Positions 38,557-47,648 of a DNA stretch of 64,000 bases are shown here, piece by piece (within the stretch, counting starts at the first letter, position 1; each line of letters starts with the position of its first letter). The position numbers were made by a program, and so were the translations under genes. The notes under the pieces were generated by a model. It did no database searches. It had not been told where the DNA came from and saw nothing but the letters and a program-made list of their open reading frames with translations. The stretch is from an uncultured Thermoleophilia bacterium. GTDB taxonomy: Bacteria; Actinomycetota; Thermoleophilia; UBA2241. The stretch is from assembly GCA_963808735.1 (NCBI GenBank), contig CAWEHE010000012.1, positions 55,051 to 119,050 on the forward strand. Direction: 5' to 3'.

Positions 38557-39807
38557 TCAGACGGCTTCGAGGGCGGTGGCCATGGAGACGCCGCCGCCGC
38601 CGCACAAGGTGGCCATGCCCATCGTCTTGCCGCGGCGCCGCATGGCGTGCAGGAGCGTCACCATGAGCCGGCAGCCGGTGGACCCGACCGGGTGGCCGAG
38701 CCCGATGCCGGAGCCGTTGACGTTGGTGATCTCGCGGTCCAGGCCGAGGTCGCGCTCGCAGGCCAGGTACTGCGAGGCGAAGGCCTCGTGGACCTCGAGC
38801 AGCTCGAAGTCCTGCAGCCGCAGGCCGGAGCGGCGCTCCAGGTCGCGGACGGCCGGCACGGGGCTGATGCCCATGACCGACGGCTCGCAGCCGCCGTAGC
38901 CGACGCCCCGGATGACGGCGAGAGGCGCGACGCCCAGCTCCTCGGCCTTGCCGGCCGACATGATCACCATGGCGCTGGCGCCGTCGTTGATGCCCGACGA
39001 GTTGCCGGCGGTGACCACGCCGATACCGGGCATGAACGCGGGCTTGAGCGAGGCCAGCTCGTCCGGCGTGAGCCCCGGACGGAAGTGCTCGTCGCGGGCG
39101 AACACCAGTGGTGGCTTGCCGCGCCGCTGCGGGACCTCCACGGGCACGATCTCGTCGGCGAAGTCGCCGTTCTCAGTGGCGCGCTCCACGTTGTGATGGC
39201 TGCGCAGCGCGACCTCGTCGAGCTCCTCGCGCGTGAGACCGTACTCCTCGGCGACGAGCTCCGCCGTGTGCCCCATAACATAAGGCTGGCCGGCGAGGGC
39301 GGCGCGGACCGGCTTGCGCTCGACGTCGTCGCCGCCCGGACACGCGTGGTAGCGGGAGCCACAGTAGAGCCCCTCGATGACCTGGTCGTCGATGGTCTGG
39401 TTCTGCAGCCGTGCCCCCCACCGTGCCGTGGGCACGGCGTACGGCACGCCGGACATGACCTCCACGCCGCCGGCCACGATGACGTCGGCCAGGCCGGCCT
39501 TGATCATGGCCATGCCGGAGACGACGGCCTCCATGGCCGACACACAGACGCGGTCCATGGACACCGCCGTGGCCGTGACCGGGATGCCGGCCTCGATGGC
39601 GGCCGAACGCGCGACGCTCTTGGTGAGGTACGACTCGAAGCAGCTGCCGAGGCGCACGTCGTCGACCACTGCCGGCTCGATGCCGGCGCGGGACATGGCC
39701 TCACGGATGACCGTGGCTGCGAGCAGGTACGGCGGCACGTCCTTGAGGGCGCCGCCGAAGGCGCCGATGGCGGTGCGGCAGGCTGCTGCGATGACGACCT
39801 CGTCCAT
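38557..39807 (-). CDS. Thiolase (acetyl-CoA C-acetyltransferase family); intact
   Basis: [25 protein letters not shown]...[22 protein letters not shown] (active-site Cys)...[16 protein letters not shown]...[28 protein letters not shown]...[10 protein letters not shown]. 416 codons. Confidence 0.9.
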   Translation of the reverse strand: MDEVVIAAACRTAIGAFGGALKDVPPYLLAATVIREAMSRAGIEPAVVDDVRLGSCFESYLTKSVARSAAIEAGIPVTATAVSMDRVCVSAMEAVVSGMAMIKAGLADVIVAGGVEVMSGVPYAVPTARWGARLQNQTIDDQVIEGLYCGSRYHACPGGDDVERKPVRAALAGQPYVMGHTAELVAEEYGLTREELDEVALRSHHNVERATENGDFADEIVPVEVPQRRGKPPLVFARDEHFRPGLTPDELASLKPAFMPGIGVVTAGNSSGINDGASAMVIMSAGKAEELGVAPLAVIRGVGYGGCEPSVMGISPVPAVRDLERRSGLRLQDFELLEVHEAFASQYLACERDLGLDREITNVNGSGIGLGHPVGSTGCRLMVTLLHAMRRRGKTMGMATLCGGGGVSMATALEAV

Positions 39808-39810
39808 GCG

Positions 39811-41077
39811 TCAGTCCCCTTCCGCGCCCGCTCCGTGGAGCGGGCGATCGTCGTCTGCAAGGAGGCGGGCGAGGTCCTCGCACGCCAGGAACATGTGAGC
39901 CCCGAGCTCGTCGTCAAGCGCGGGCGGCCGCGACGAGAACAGCGCGATGACCACGCCGGCCTCACGGACGACGTGGACCCGCTGGCCCAGCCACCCCGCG
40001 GCGCTGAACGTGACGTGGTCCGCCGCCTCGTCACCCAGAAACAGCTGCGGTACGAGCACCCGTCCCACGAACGGGTCGCCACCCAGTCCTCCGCGGCGGC
40101 GGCGAACGCGGCCTTGTCGCCGTTACGCCGCACGTCCTCGAGCCACGCGGCGGGGACCACCTGCCGGCCGCCGGCGCGCCCGTCCTCGCAGAGCATGAGT
40201 CCGAAGCGGGCCAGGTCGCGCAGGCTGCAGCAGAAGCCGCCCTCGAGCTGGGCCGATCCGGCCCCGTCGAGGGCGATGTACGCGTCGTGCTCGGCGCCGA
40301 GCCTGCTCCAGACCCGCTCCGCGATGAGGCGCGGCATGGCGACGCCCGTGGCCCGCTCCATGACCCAGCCGAGCACCAGGGTGTTGAGCGAGACGTAGTG
40401 GAACGCGCGGCCGTGCTCGCCCGCCTTTCTCGGTCTGCGTGGCGAAGTCGTAGGCGGAGCCGGGCTCGTCCGGGGCGAGGCTGGGCTGCACGCCCTCGAG
40501 GCGGCACAGCCTGGCGCCCTCGTAGGACGGGTCCTCCAGGTCGTCGACGTAACGGATGCCGACCGTCATGTCCAGGAGGTGCCGCAGCGTGGCGTCGCCG
40601 TAGGCGCTGCCCGCAAGCTCGGGCACGTAGGCCGTGACGGCGTCGTCCGGCGCCAGCGTGCCCTCCTCGGCCAGGCACGCGGCGACGCACGAGGCGATCG
40701 ACTTCGTGACCGACATCGCCAGATGAGGTGTCTCCGGCCGCAGCCCGTTGAAGTAGCGCTCGTACACGAGACGGCCCCGATGGACGACGGCGACGCCGTC
40801 CACGTGGCAGGCGCGCAGCATGTCGAGGACTCTCCACGTGCCGCCGCCGCTGCGCCGCACCTCCACGGCGTCGAGGTCACGCGGGTCGGCGGGCAGTGGC
40901 TCCGCCGCGGCCCGCCGTACCCGCCACGTCCGCCGTGCCGGAGAGCTCGCGGACGTGCTGCATGTACCAGCGCGTGAGCCGCGGGTCGCCGTAGACCTGG
41001 TCGAGGCGCACGCGCCGCTCGGGCGGCGGCGGAAAGCCCCGCATCAGGCGGTCGTCGGCGACGTTCGGTGAGGTCAC
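39811..41077 (-). CDS. Serine hydrolase, beta-lactamase/transpeptidase-like fold; about 3 frameshifts
   Basis: MTSPNVADDRLMRGFPPPPERRVRLDQ... / VAVVHRGRLVYERYFNG...PHLAMSVTKSIASCVAACL (SxxK)...YVPELAGSAYGDATLRHLLDMT / LGWVMERATGVAMPRLIAERVWSRLGAEHDAYIALD...GGFCCSLRDLARFGLML / ...AAGWLGQRVHVVREAGVVIALFS. Confidence 0.7.
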
Positions 41078-41231
41078 GCGTCCGGTCCCTCCAGCGCACA
41101 GCGCGTAAGCAGCCGGCGCGGACTCCGCAGGATGTGCGGCACAACACGCATCTTACCGCAGGGCCTCCGGTCGAACAACGGGCCGGCTGACATGGTTACG
41201 CATCCGACTCGGAGTCCCGGACGCCCTGCGG

Positions 41232-42008
41232 TCAGATGAACTCGGTGTGGCCGTCCACACCGATCGCCTGTCCGGAGATGCGCGCCCCGTGCTCGGAGCA
41301 GAGGAAGAGGATCATGGCGGCGACGTCCTCCGGCCGCACGAACGTGCGCAGCGAGCAGCCGCGCACCCAGTCCTCCCGCAGCTGCTCACAGGTGAGTCCC
41401 CGCTGCTCGGATTCCAGGCGGATGACACGCTCCAGGCGCTCGCCCTCCACGCCGCCGGGGCAGATGGCGTTGGCCCGCACGCCGAACGGCCCGAGCTCCA
41501 TGGCGATGGTCTTCGTGAACCCGATGATGGCCCACTTGCTGGCGACGTAGGGCGAACGGGAGGGCCCGCCGAAGAACCCGTAGTGAGACGACATGTTGAC
41601 GATGCTGCCGGAGCCCTGCTCCTTGAGGATGGACGCGGCGCGGCGTGTGCACAGGAACGCGCCGGTGAGGTTCACGTCGAGCGTGCGCCGCCACTCCTCG
41701 GGAGGGACGTCCTCGACGCACGCCACAGGCCCGCCGACACCCGCATTGTTGACGAGGACGTCGAGGCCGCCGAGAAAGGCGAGCGCCTCGTCGAACAGGC
41801 GGTCCACGTCGGCCTCGTCGGCGACGTCTGCGACGGTCGCTCCCATCGCGGGAGAACCGGAGCGGACCCCGTCGACGAGCCGGCTGTCGACGTCACAGGT
41901 GAACACACTGGCGCCCGCCTCGGCGAACGTGCGTGCGATCACGCTGCCGATGCCGCTGCCGCCCGCGGTCACGATCACACGCGCGCCCTCGATGCCTGCC
42001 AGCTCCAT
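41232..42008 (-). CDS. Short-chain dehydrogenase/reductase; intact
   Basis: VIVTAGGSGIGSVIARTF (glycine-rich NAD(P) loop), NNAGV, NMSSHYGFFGGPSRSPYVASKWA (S...YxxxK), ICPGGV. 258 codons. Confidence 0.85.
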   Translation of the reverse strand: MELAGIEGARVIVTAGGSGIGSVIARTFAEAGASVFTCDVDSRLVDGVRSGSPAMGATVADVADEADVDRLFDEALAFLGGLDVLVNNAGVGGPVACVEDVPPEEWRRTLDVNLTGAFLCTRRAASILKEQGSGSIVNMSSHYGFFGGPSRSPYVASKWAIIGFTKTIAMELGPFGVRANAICPGGVEGERLERVIRLESEQRGLTCEQLREDWVRGCSLRTFVRPEDVAAMILFLCSEHGARISGQAIGVDGHTEFI

Positions 42009-42155
42009 CTGCTACCTTCCTTCGCTGCGTCACGGCCGGATGCCGGGACAGTCTACCGCCGCCCGAGGCGGCGCCGGCGCCGGGCCCTGCGGTAGAGGCC
42101 CGGCGCCGGCGGAAGCACGGCGGAGAAAGGGGGAGGACCTCCGCCGCGCACGCCG

Positions 42156-43046
42156 TCAGCCGCGCGGCGGCTGCAACTCCAGCTTGCGACGCGCTTCCGC
42201 CGGCGTCAGGGGGCGCGCGCCCAGGCTCTCGACGATGCCGACGGCGTGAGTGACGAGGTCCGCGTTGCTCGCGAACACGCCGCGGCGCAGGTACAGGTTG
42301 TCCTCGAGACCCACGCGCACGTTGCCGCCGAGCACCAGAGCCTGCGCGACGAAGGGCATCTCCAGGCGACCGAGGGCGAAGGCAGCCCACTGCGAGCCCG
42401 GCGGAAGCAGGTCGATCATGGCCAGCATGGTGCGCGTGTCCGCAGGCGCCCCGTACCTGATGCCGAGGCAGAGCTGGAACAGCGGGGTGCCCTCGATGAG
42501 CCCCTCCTCGACGAGCTTGCTCGCCAGCCACACCTGCCCGGTGTCGAAGACCTCGAGCTCGGGCTTGACGCCCAATTCCTTGACGCGTGCCGCCATCGTG
42601 CGCAGCTGCGAAGGCGTCACGACGGCCGCGTAGTCGCCGTCCGAGAAGTTCATGGTGCCGCAGTCGAGCGTACACATCTCGGGCAGCAGCGCCTCGACGT
42701 GCTGGAGGCGCTCCAGCGCCGGCACCAGGTCGCTGCCCGGTGCCGCCACGGCAGGGTGGGCGTCGTCGACGACGAGGTCGCCGCCCATGCCGGTGGTGAG
42801 GTTGATGATGACGTCGGTCGAGCTCTCGCGGATGCGCTCGACGACCTCGCGGTAGTACTCGAGCTTGCGCGAAGGCGCGCCGGTCTGCGGGTCGCGCACG
42901 TGGATGTGCGCGACCGCGGCCCCGGCGCGCGCCGCTTCGAGCGCCGCCTCCGCGATCTGCAGCGGCGTGACGGGCAGGCCGGGGTGCACGCCGGCCGTGT
43001 CCCCGGCGCCGGTGACGGCACAGGTGATGATGACCTCGTCGTTCAC
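42156..43046 (-). CDS. BKACE family enzyme (3-keto-5-aminohexanoate cleavage enzyme-like, DUF849); intact
   Basis: [13 protein letters not shown]...[35 protein letters not shown]...VIINLTTG...LDCGTMNF...ELEVFDTG...[11 protein letters not shown]...[14 protein letters not shown]...NADLV are BKACE hallmarks. The GTG start at 43046 was chosen over upstream in-frame codons. Confidence 0.8.
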   Translation of the reverse strand: MNDEVIITCAVTGAGDTAGVHPGLPVTPLQIAEAALEAARAGAAVAHIHVRDPQTGAPSRKLEYYREVVERIRESSTDVIINLTTGMGGDLVVDDAHPAVAAPGSDLVPALERLQHVEALLPEMCTLDCGTMNFSDGDYAAVVTPSQLRTMAARVKELGVKPELEVFDTGQVWLASKLVEEGLIEGTPLFQLCLGIRYGAPADTRTMLAMIDLLPPGSQWAAFALGRLEMPFVAQALVLGGNVRVGLEDNLYLRRGVFASNADLVTHAVGIVESLGARPLTPAEARRKLELQPPRG

Positions 43047-43251
43047 CGCTCCTCCTCTCGAGCGTGCGGGCGCCTCTGACGCCTGGTGTGGGGCGCGCCC
43101 GGCGGCGCACCCCACACCAAAGCCTCTTGGTCGCTCAACCTGGGATGCCCCTTACGGCGCACCCCACGTCGAGTCCTCCTCCGGAGGGCGATCCAGCCTC
43201 GGAGTGGGCGCCCGTCACCCCCTCGGGCACGCAGAAGCCCCGCGCCTGCCG

Positions 43252-44559
43252 TCAGGCGACGCTCGCGCCGACCGTCGCCGCGTGCGGCGCATGCAGCAGG
43301 GCCGCGGCGTGCACGCCGATGCCGGCCCTGGTGAGCTCCGCGGCGGTGCGGCAGACGGCGGCGTGCTTGTCGAGGTAGTTCTGCTCCATCGCCGGCATGA
43401 GGCCCGTGTCGATGACCTGCTGCTTCGGCACGAAGTAGTCGAAGATGTCGCTCGGGTGCTCGCGCAGGGTCTCGGCGTCCGGGTCGGCGCCCTCGTGCTT
43501 GGCCGAGATGTTGGGCACATCCGCGGCCACGTCCAGCAGCTCGTCGCGGCGCAGGTACGGCTGGCGCACGATGGACTTGTACGCCTCCGTGATGTGGTGC
43601 TCGAAGCGGATGTCGTCCTCCAGGCCGAACGCCTGACGGACGGCCGACGAAGCGCGGATCGTGCCGGCGTCCACCGAGTTCGAGAGGTTGAGGCCGGCCA
43701 TGCCGGTGGTGCCGTGCTCGGCGCCGAACAGGCGCGCGCCCATGAGCAGCCACAGCACCGACCAGGGGTTGTCCACGCCCATGAACACGGACACCTTGAA
43801 CTCGTTGCGCACGCCGAGCTTGTGCAGCAGCATGGCGACGAGGATCGTGCCGGTGTTGATGTTGAGCACCTGGCGGACGCCGTACTCCGTGAGGTAGCGG
43901 AGGTACTCGTCGGCCCACTTGAGCGGGTAGTCGTTGGGCTGGCCGATGCCGCCGAAGTAGCCGGCGATGGTGTCGGGGCCGCCGAGGTGCACGTTGGAGC
44001 CGTCGATGCCCTTGGTGTCCAGCGTCTCGACGTGGCTCGCGCCGATGACCTGCATGGCGGCGGCAACGGCGAGCACGTCCTCGCCGGGCGCCGTCTGCTC
44101 GGCCATGTTGCGCACGCGGATGTAGCGCCCGGGCATGAGCTCGCGGTGCGTGATGGCGTGCTCGGCCTCCGCGATGAGCCACGGGAAGTACTGGAGCGCG
44201 CTGATCTCGAGGGTGACGGCGTGCTCCTCGTCGAAAGCCATGCCGTCGGCCTGCTCACCAACCACGCTGCGGCGATACTCCGGCAGCGTCACGAAGGCGC
44301 CGGCGTCGCGCCGGTCGATGAGCCACTCGAGTCCGTCCACGAAGGGAGAACCCTCGTCGCGCAGGCGCGCCATGCGGTTGTCCAGCCGGCCGGCCTCGTC
44401 TGCCCGGCGGTTGATCTCGTCGACGCCGCCGTACCGCTCGACGACCTCGAGCAGGCCGTCCACCAGCGGGTTGTCCCGGGAGGTCAGGAAGTCGTTCACC
44501 ACGGCGAGGTCGTCGGGTGACACCTCGAGTCGCTGTCGCAGATCGTCTCTCGCTTCCAT
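43252..44559 (-). CDS. Conserved-looking hypothetical protein (435 aa), family not recognised; intact
   Basis: Uninterrupted ORF with a balanced, non-repetitive composition: MEARDDLRQRLEVSPDDLAVVNDFLTSRDNPLVDGLLEVVERYGGVDEINRRADEAG...YFPWLIAEAEHAITHRELMPGRYIRVRN...LNINTGTILVAMLLHKLGVRNEFKVSVFMGVDNPWSVLWLLMGARLFG...NISAKHEGADPD. GGGAGG sits 6 nt before ATG 44559. It heads the BKACE cluster. Confidence 0.6.
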   Translation of the reverse strand: MEARDDLRQRLEVSPDDLAVVNDFLTSRDNPLVDGLLEVVERYGGVDEINRRADEAGRLDNRMARLRDEGSPFVDGLEWLIDRRDAGAFVTLPEYRRSVVGEQADGMAFDEEHAVTLEISALQYFPWLIAEAEHAITHRELMPGRYIRVRNMAEQTAPGEDVLAVAAAMQVIGASHVETLDTKGIDGSNVHLGGPDTIAGYFGGIGQPNDYPLKWADEYLRYLTEYGVRQVLNINTGTILVAMLLHKLGVRNEFKVSVFMGVDNPWSVLWLLMGARLFGAEHGTTGMAGLNLSNSVDAGTIRASSAVRQAFGLEDDIRFEHHITEAYKSIVRQPYLRRDELLDVAADVPNISAKHEGADPDAETLREHPSDIFDYFVPKQQVIDTGLMPAMEQNYLDKHAAVCRTAAELTRAGIGVHAAALLHAPHAATVGASVA

Positions 44560-44625
44560 AGGAACCCTCCCGTCCGTCGTCCGGCCCACGGAGTCGCGGA
44601 CCGGCGAATCTTCTGCATCAGGGGG

Positions 44626-44655
44626 ATTCTACCCGCACAGTATCCTGCCGGTCAA
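44626..44655 (-). promoter_or_regulatory. Candidate sigma-70-type promoter of the 435-aa gene / BKACE cluster
   Basis: Minus strand reads TTGACC (44655-44650), 18 nt, TAGAAT (44631-44626), about 65 nt upstream of ATG 44559. Confidence 0.45.
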
Positions 44656-44816
44656 CGTTAGAGCAGGCGAGAAGGCGTAGTCAGGGCGGTCCTTCGGGAT
44701 GCCCTGCGGCGAAGAAGTAGGTCAGCCGCAGAAGCTGCGGGTCGGGGGTGCGTCGCGAGCCGCCGGCCGAAGGTTTTGCGGCCGGCCGCCGGCTCCAGAG
44801 CGAGCCCGGCCGCCGG

Positions 44817-46046
44817 CTACGTCCAGCTTGCGTAGGCGGCCGGCCGCTTGGCGCGGCTGTAGTCGCCGCGCTGCAGGATCTCGGCGACCTCGGGACGGCT
44901 GAACCACTCGGGGAGCTTCACGCCCTTGGCGAGGTACTCCTCGCGCACCTGCGTGCCGGAGATGGAGAAGACGCGGGCGTCTGCCGGCACCTTGCCGGCC
45001 TCCTCGTAGCGGTCCTCGTCGGCGAGGTACACGAGCTCCTCGAACTCGATGGGCTGCACGCCGATCTCGTCGGCGTACTTCTCCGCCAGCACCTGGGCGT
45101 CGTAGGGCCCGTAGAACGGGTTGCCGTGCGAGTCCTTGCCGGGACCCGCGTGGTCACGGCCGATGATGATGTGGGAGGCACCGTAATTGCGCCGGATGAT
45201 GGCGTGCCACACCGCCTCCCGTGGGCCGGCCATGCGCATCGCCAGTGGCATCAGTGAGAGCAGGGTGGTGGCGGGGTCGTAGTAGTTGCGCACCAGCACC
45301 TCGTAGGCCTCGACGCGCAACGCGTGGTGCACGTCTTCGGGCTTGGTGACGCCGACGGCGGGGTGGATGAGCAGAGACCCGCCGATCGCCCTGGCCGCCC
45401 GCTTGGTCAGCTCTTCGTGGATGCGGTGCATGGGGTTGCGCGTCTGGAACGCGACCACGTTGCTGTGGCCCATGGCCGAGAGCCGCTCGCGCGTCTGCGC
45501 CGGCGTGAGGCACAGCGGCCCGTGCAGGCGGTGCCGCGGCAGGTCGAGCACGCGCGGGCGCCCGGCCAGGTAGTGCGTCGGCCAGCGCTCGGCCTCGCGC
45601 ACGAGCGGGTGCGCGGTGTCGGCGGCACCCAGCACCGCGCGCATCTCGCGCATGCTGTCGTGCCGGTACACGTCGTCGATCTCGAGCAGAGCCAGCACCG
45701 TGGCTTCTTCGTCGATGAGCGCCACCTCGCCCGGGTGCCGCAGGGCGCCGCCGAACACCGGCACGGCCAGCGGGATGGGGAACACGGTGCCGTCGTGCAG
45801 GCGCATCTCGCGGAGCACCGACTCATAGTCGTCGCGCGCCATGAAGCGGTCCACCGGAGAGAAGGCGCCGACGGCCAGCATCTCGAGGTCGTACTGGCCG
45901 CGCAGCGACAGCGTGATCTTGGGCAGGTTCCGGGCGCGCTCGTAGAGCGCCTTGCGCTCGGCCTCGTCGCGGACGACGAGGTCGACGAGGCGGTCCCCGA
46001 AGGGGCTGATCAGTTCGGCGAGCTGCGGTTCGGAGTCGGCGGTCAT
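44817..46046 (-). CDS. sat: Sulfate adenylyltransferase (ATP sulfurylase), stand-alone (no APS kinase domain); intact
   Basis: ...LSLRGQYDLEMLAVGAFSPVDRFM...VAFQTRNPMHRIHEELTKRA...LLIHPAVGVTKPEDV...LAMRMAGPREAVWHAIIRRNYGASHIIIGRDHAGPG...FYGPYDAQ. These include the QTRNPxHRxH and GRDHAG motifs. Start taken at MTADSEPQL. Stop is TAG. Confidence 0.9.
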   Translation of the reverse strand: MTADSEPQLAELISPFGDRLVDLVVRDEAERKALYERARNLPKITLSLRGQYDLEMLAVGAFSPVDRFMARDDYESVLREMRLHDGTVFPIPLAVPVFGGALRHPGEVALIDEEATVLALLEIDDVYRHDSMREMRAVLGAADTAHPLVREAERWPTHYLAGRPRVLDLPRHRLHGPLCLTPAQTRERLSAMGHSNVVAFQTRNPMHRIHEELTKRAARAIGGSLLIHPAVGVTKPEDVHHALRVEAYEVLVRNYYDPATTLLSLMPLAMRMAGPREAVWHAIIRRNYGASHIIIGRDHAGPGKDSHGNPFYGPYDAQVLAEKYADEIGVQPIEFEELVYLADEDRYEEAGKVPADARVFSISGTQVREEYLAKGVKLPEWFSRPEVAEILQRGDYSRAKRPAAYASWT

Positions 46047-46128
46047 GTGTGAACCAGGAGGTTGACGAAGGAGAGCGGTGGCGGCACGCCGCTGCGACGG
46101 GCCGCCACCGCGAAGGTCACGAAGAGCC

Positions 46129-46857
46129 TTACGGCTTGAGCCGCTCCGCATACATCTTCTCGTACAGCGGCTGGCACTTGTCGTACATCTCGCGGAGCTC
46201 CGGCACGTCGTCCACGGTGTAGCCGAAGTCCTCCATGTCCTTCTGGAAGCCGGTGCTGTCGCCGGCGTCGAGGTGCCACATCTCCCAGTCCTTCCACTCC
46301 TGCTTGAACTCGGGCTCCCAGGTGAGGGACTCGGGCAGGTAGGGGATGCCGGTCTTCTCGCAGTACTGCTTGACCACGGAGGCCGCGTCGATGAGCAGGT
46401 CCTCGGCGTCGACGACGGCCGGGACCTCGCCGGTGACCTTCTTGGCGAGCTCGAACAGCTTGAACTGCGACTCGAAGCCGATCTCGCGCAGGGTCACCGT
46501 GGGGTCGAGCTTGTGGTACGAGACGAGCGTCAGGGCGGGGTCGCGGATGATGAACGTGTTGGTGAACTTGTTCATGAAGTCCTCGTCCGCGACGTCGCTG
46601 ACGTAGTACGCCATGTCCTTGAAGAAGACCGGCTTGTCGGTGGCGGCGGCCTCGATCATCTCGGTCGTGCCCTCGAAGGTCTGCGGGTGACCCTCCTGCG
46701 GCTGCATGCCCACGGGTTCCTTGTGCGCGGCCTCGAGGTAGAAGAAGTAGCCGTAGGGCTCGTGGATGACCTTGAAGTCGCCGCGCTCGAACATCATGCG
46801 CTCGAAGCCCGTGGAGATGGAGCGCGGGACGGACCAGAGGGGGACGATCTTCTGCAT
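46129..46857 (-). CDS. Putative sulfotransferase family protein (P-loop-like PRSISTG motif); intact
   Basis: MQKIVPLWSVPRSISTGFERMMFERGDFKVIHEPYGYFFY...FFKDMAYYV...FIIRDPALTLVSYHKL resembles proteins I remember annotated as sulfotransferase family (5'-PSB-like loop, later RDP motif). The call is supported by adjacency to sat, not by any search. Confidence 0.5.
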   Translation of the reverse strand: MQKIVPLWSVPRSISTGFERMMFERGDFKVIHEPYGYFFYLEAAHKEPVGMQPQEGHPQTFEGTTEMIEAAATDKPVFFKDMAYYVSDVADEDFMNKFTNTFIIRDPALTLVSYHKLDPTVTLREIGFESQFKLFELAKKVTGEVPAVVDAEDLLIDAASVVKQYCEKTGIPYLPESLTWEPEFKQEWKDWEMWHLDAGDSTGFQKDMEDFGYTVDDVPELREMYDKCQPLYEKMYAERLKP

Positions 46858-46946
46858 GGAGCTGCTCCTTGGTCGGAGGTTGGCGACGTGTCTGGGTCTC
46901 GCGACAGTAGCAGCCGCACCCCGTTGTGGCAACCAATTCGTGACGG

Positions 46947-47007
46947 ATTCCCAGCGGAATGATAGGATTCCGCGTAGGGACTGAACTTCAAGATGCTGAT
47001 TCCGGAA
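46947..47007. promoter_or_regulatory. Cluster of ATTCC/GGAAT half-sites (candidate Lrp/AsnC operator) in the divergent sulfotransferase / lrp intergenic region
   Basis: ATTCC(46947)-cagc-GGAAT(46956)-gatagg-ATTCC(46967) ... gATTCCGGAAc (palindrome TTCCGGAA 47000-47007). This is the lowest-GC stretch of this intergenic region. Confidence 0.4.
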
Positions 47008-47035
47008 CATACTGACTGCGAGAGGCGGAAACGCT

Positions 47036-47599
47036 ATGGATTCTGAATCCCAGCCACTGATCCGGCAGGGCTCCATGCCTCACGGCGTCCTGACGCTCGA
47101 CGAACTCGACCGGCACATCATGAAGCTGCTGCGGCACGACGGCCGCCTCACGTACGCGCAGATCGCGCGCACCGCCGGGGTCTCCGAGCCCACGGTGCGC
47201 AAGCGCATCGACCGGCTCATGCACGCGGGCGCCATCATGATCATGGCCCGCGTGAACCCCGCGCCCATCGGCTTCCCCATCGACGCGTTCATCGCCGTCA
47301 AGGCCGTGCGCGGGCGCGTGAAAGAAGTCGGCCAGAAGCTGGCCGCCATGGAGAACGTGGCCTACGTGGCCTACCTCGCGGGGAGCTTCGACATCCTCAT
47401 CGAAGCCTTCCTCCCCGACACCGAGGGCCTGTTCAAGTTCCTCAACGAGGACCTCGAGGCGATCGACGGCATCAGCGCCACCGAGACCTGGCACGTGATG
47501 CGCACCGAGAAGTTCTTCTACAATTGGGAAGGTGAGAACGTAGGCCAGAACGGCGAGCACGTGAGCCTCCTGCGCCGGGGTCTGCGTCCGGGGGCGTGA
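47036..47599 (+). CDS. Lrp/AsnC family transcriptional regulator; intact
   Basis: LDELDRHIMKLLRHDGRLTYAQIARTAGVSEPTVRKRIDRLMHAGAI (HTH) plus a RAM domain (AFIAVKAVRGRVKEVGQKLAAMENVAYVAYLAGSFDILIEAFL). Confidence 0.85.
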   Translation: MDSESQPLIRQGSMPHGVLTLDELDRHIMKLLRHDGRLTYAQIARTAGVSEPTVRKRIDRLMHAGAIMIMARVNPAPIGFPIDAFIAVKAVRGRVKEVGQKLAAMENVAYVAYLAGSFDILIEAFLPDTEGLFKFLNEDLEAIDGISATETWHVMRTEKFFYNWEGENVGQNGEHVSLLRRGLRPGA

Positions 47600-47648
47600 G
47601 CGCCCGCCGGCCTCCCACGCCCTGCAGGCCGACCGGCGGAGGACGTCG

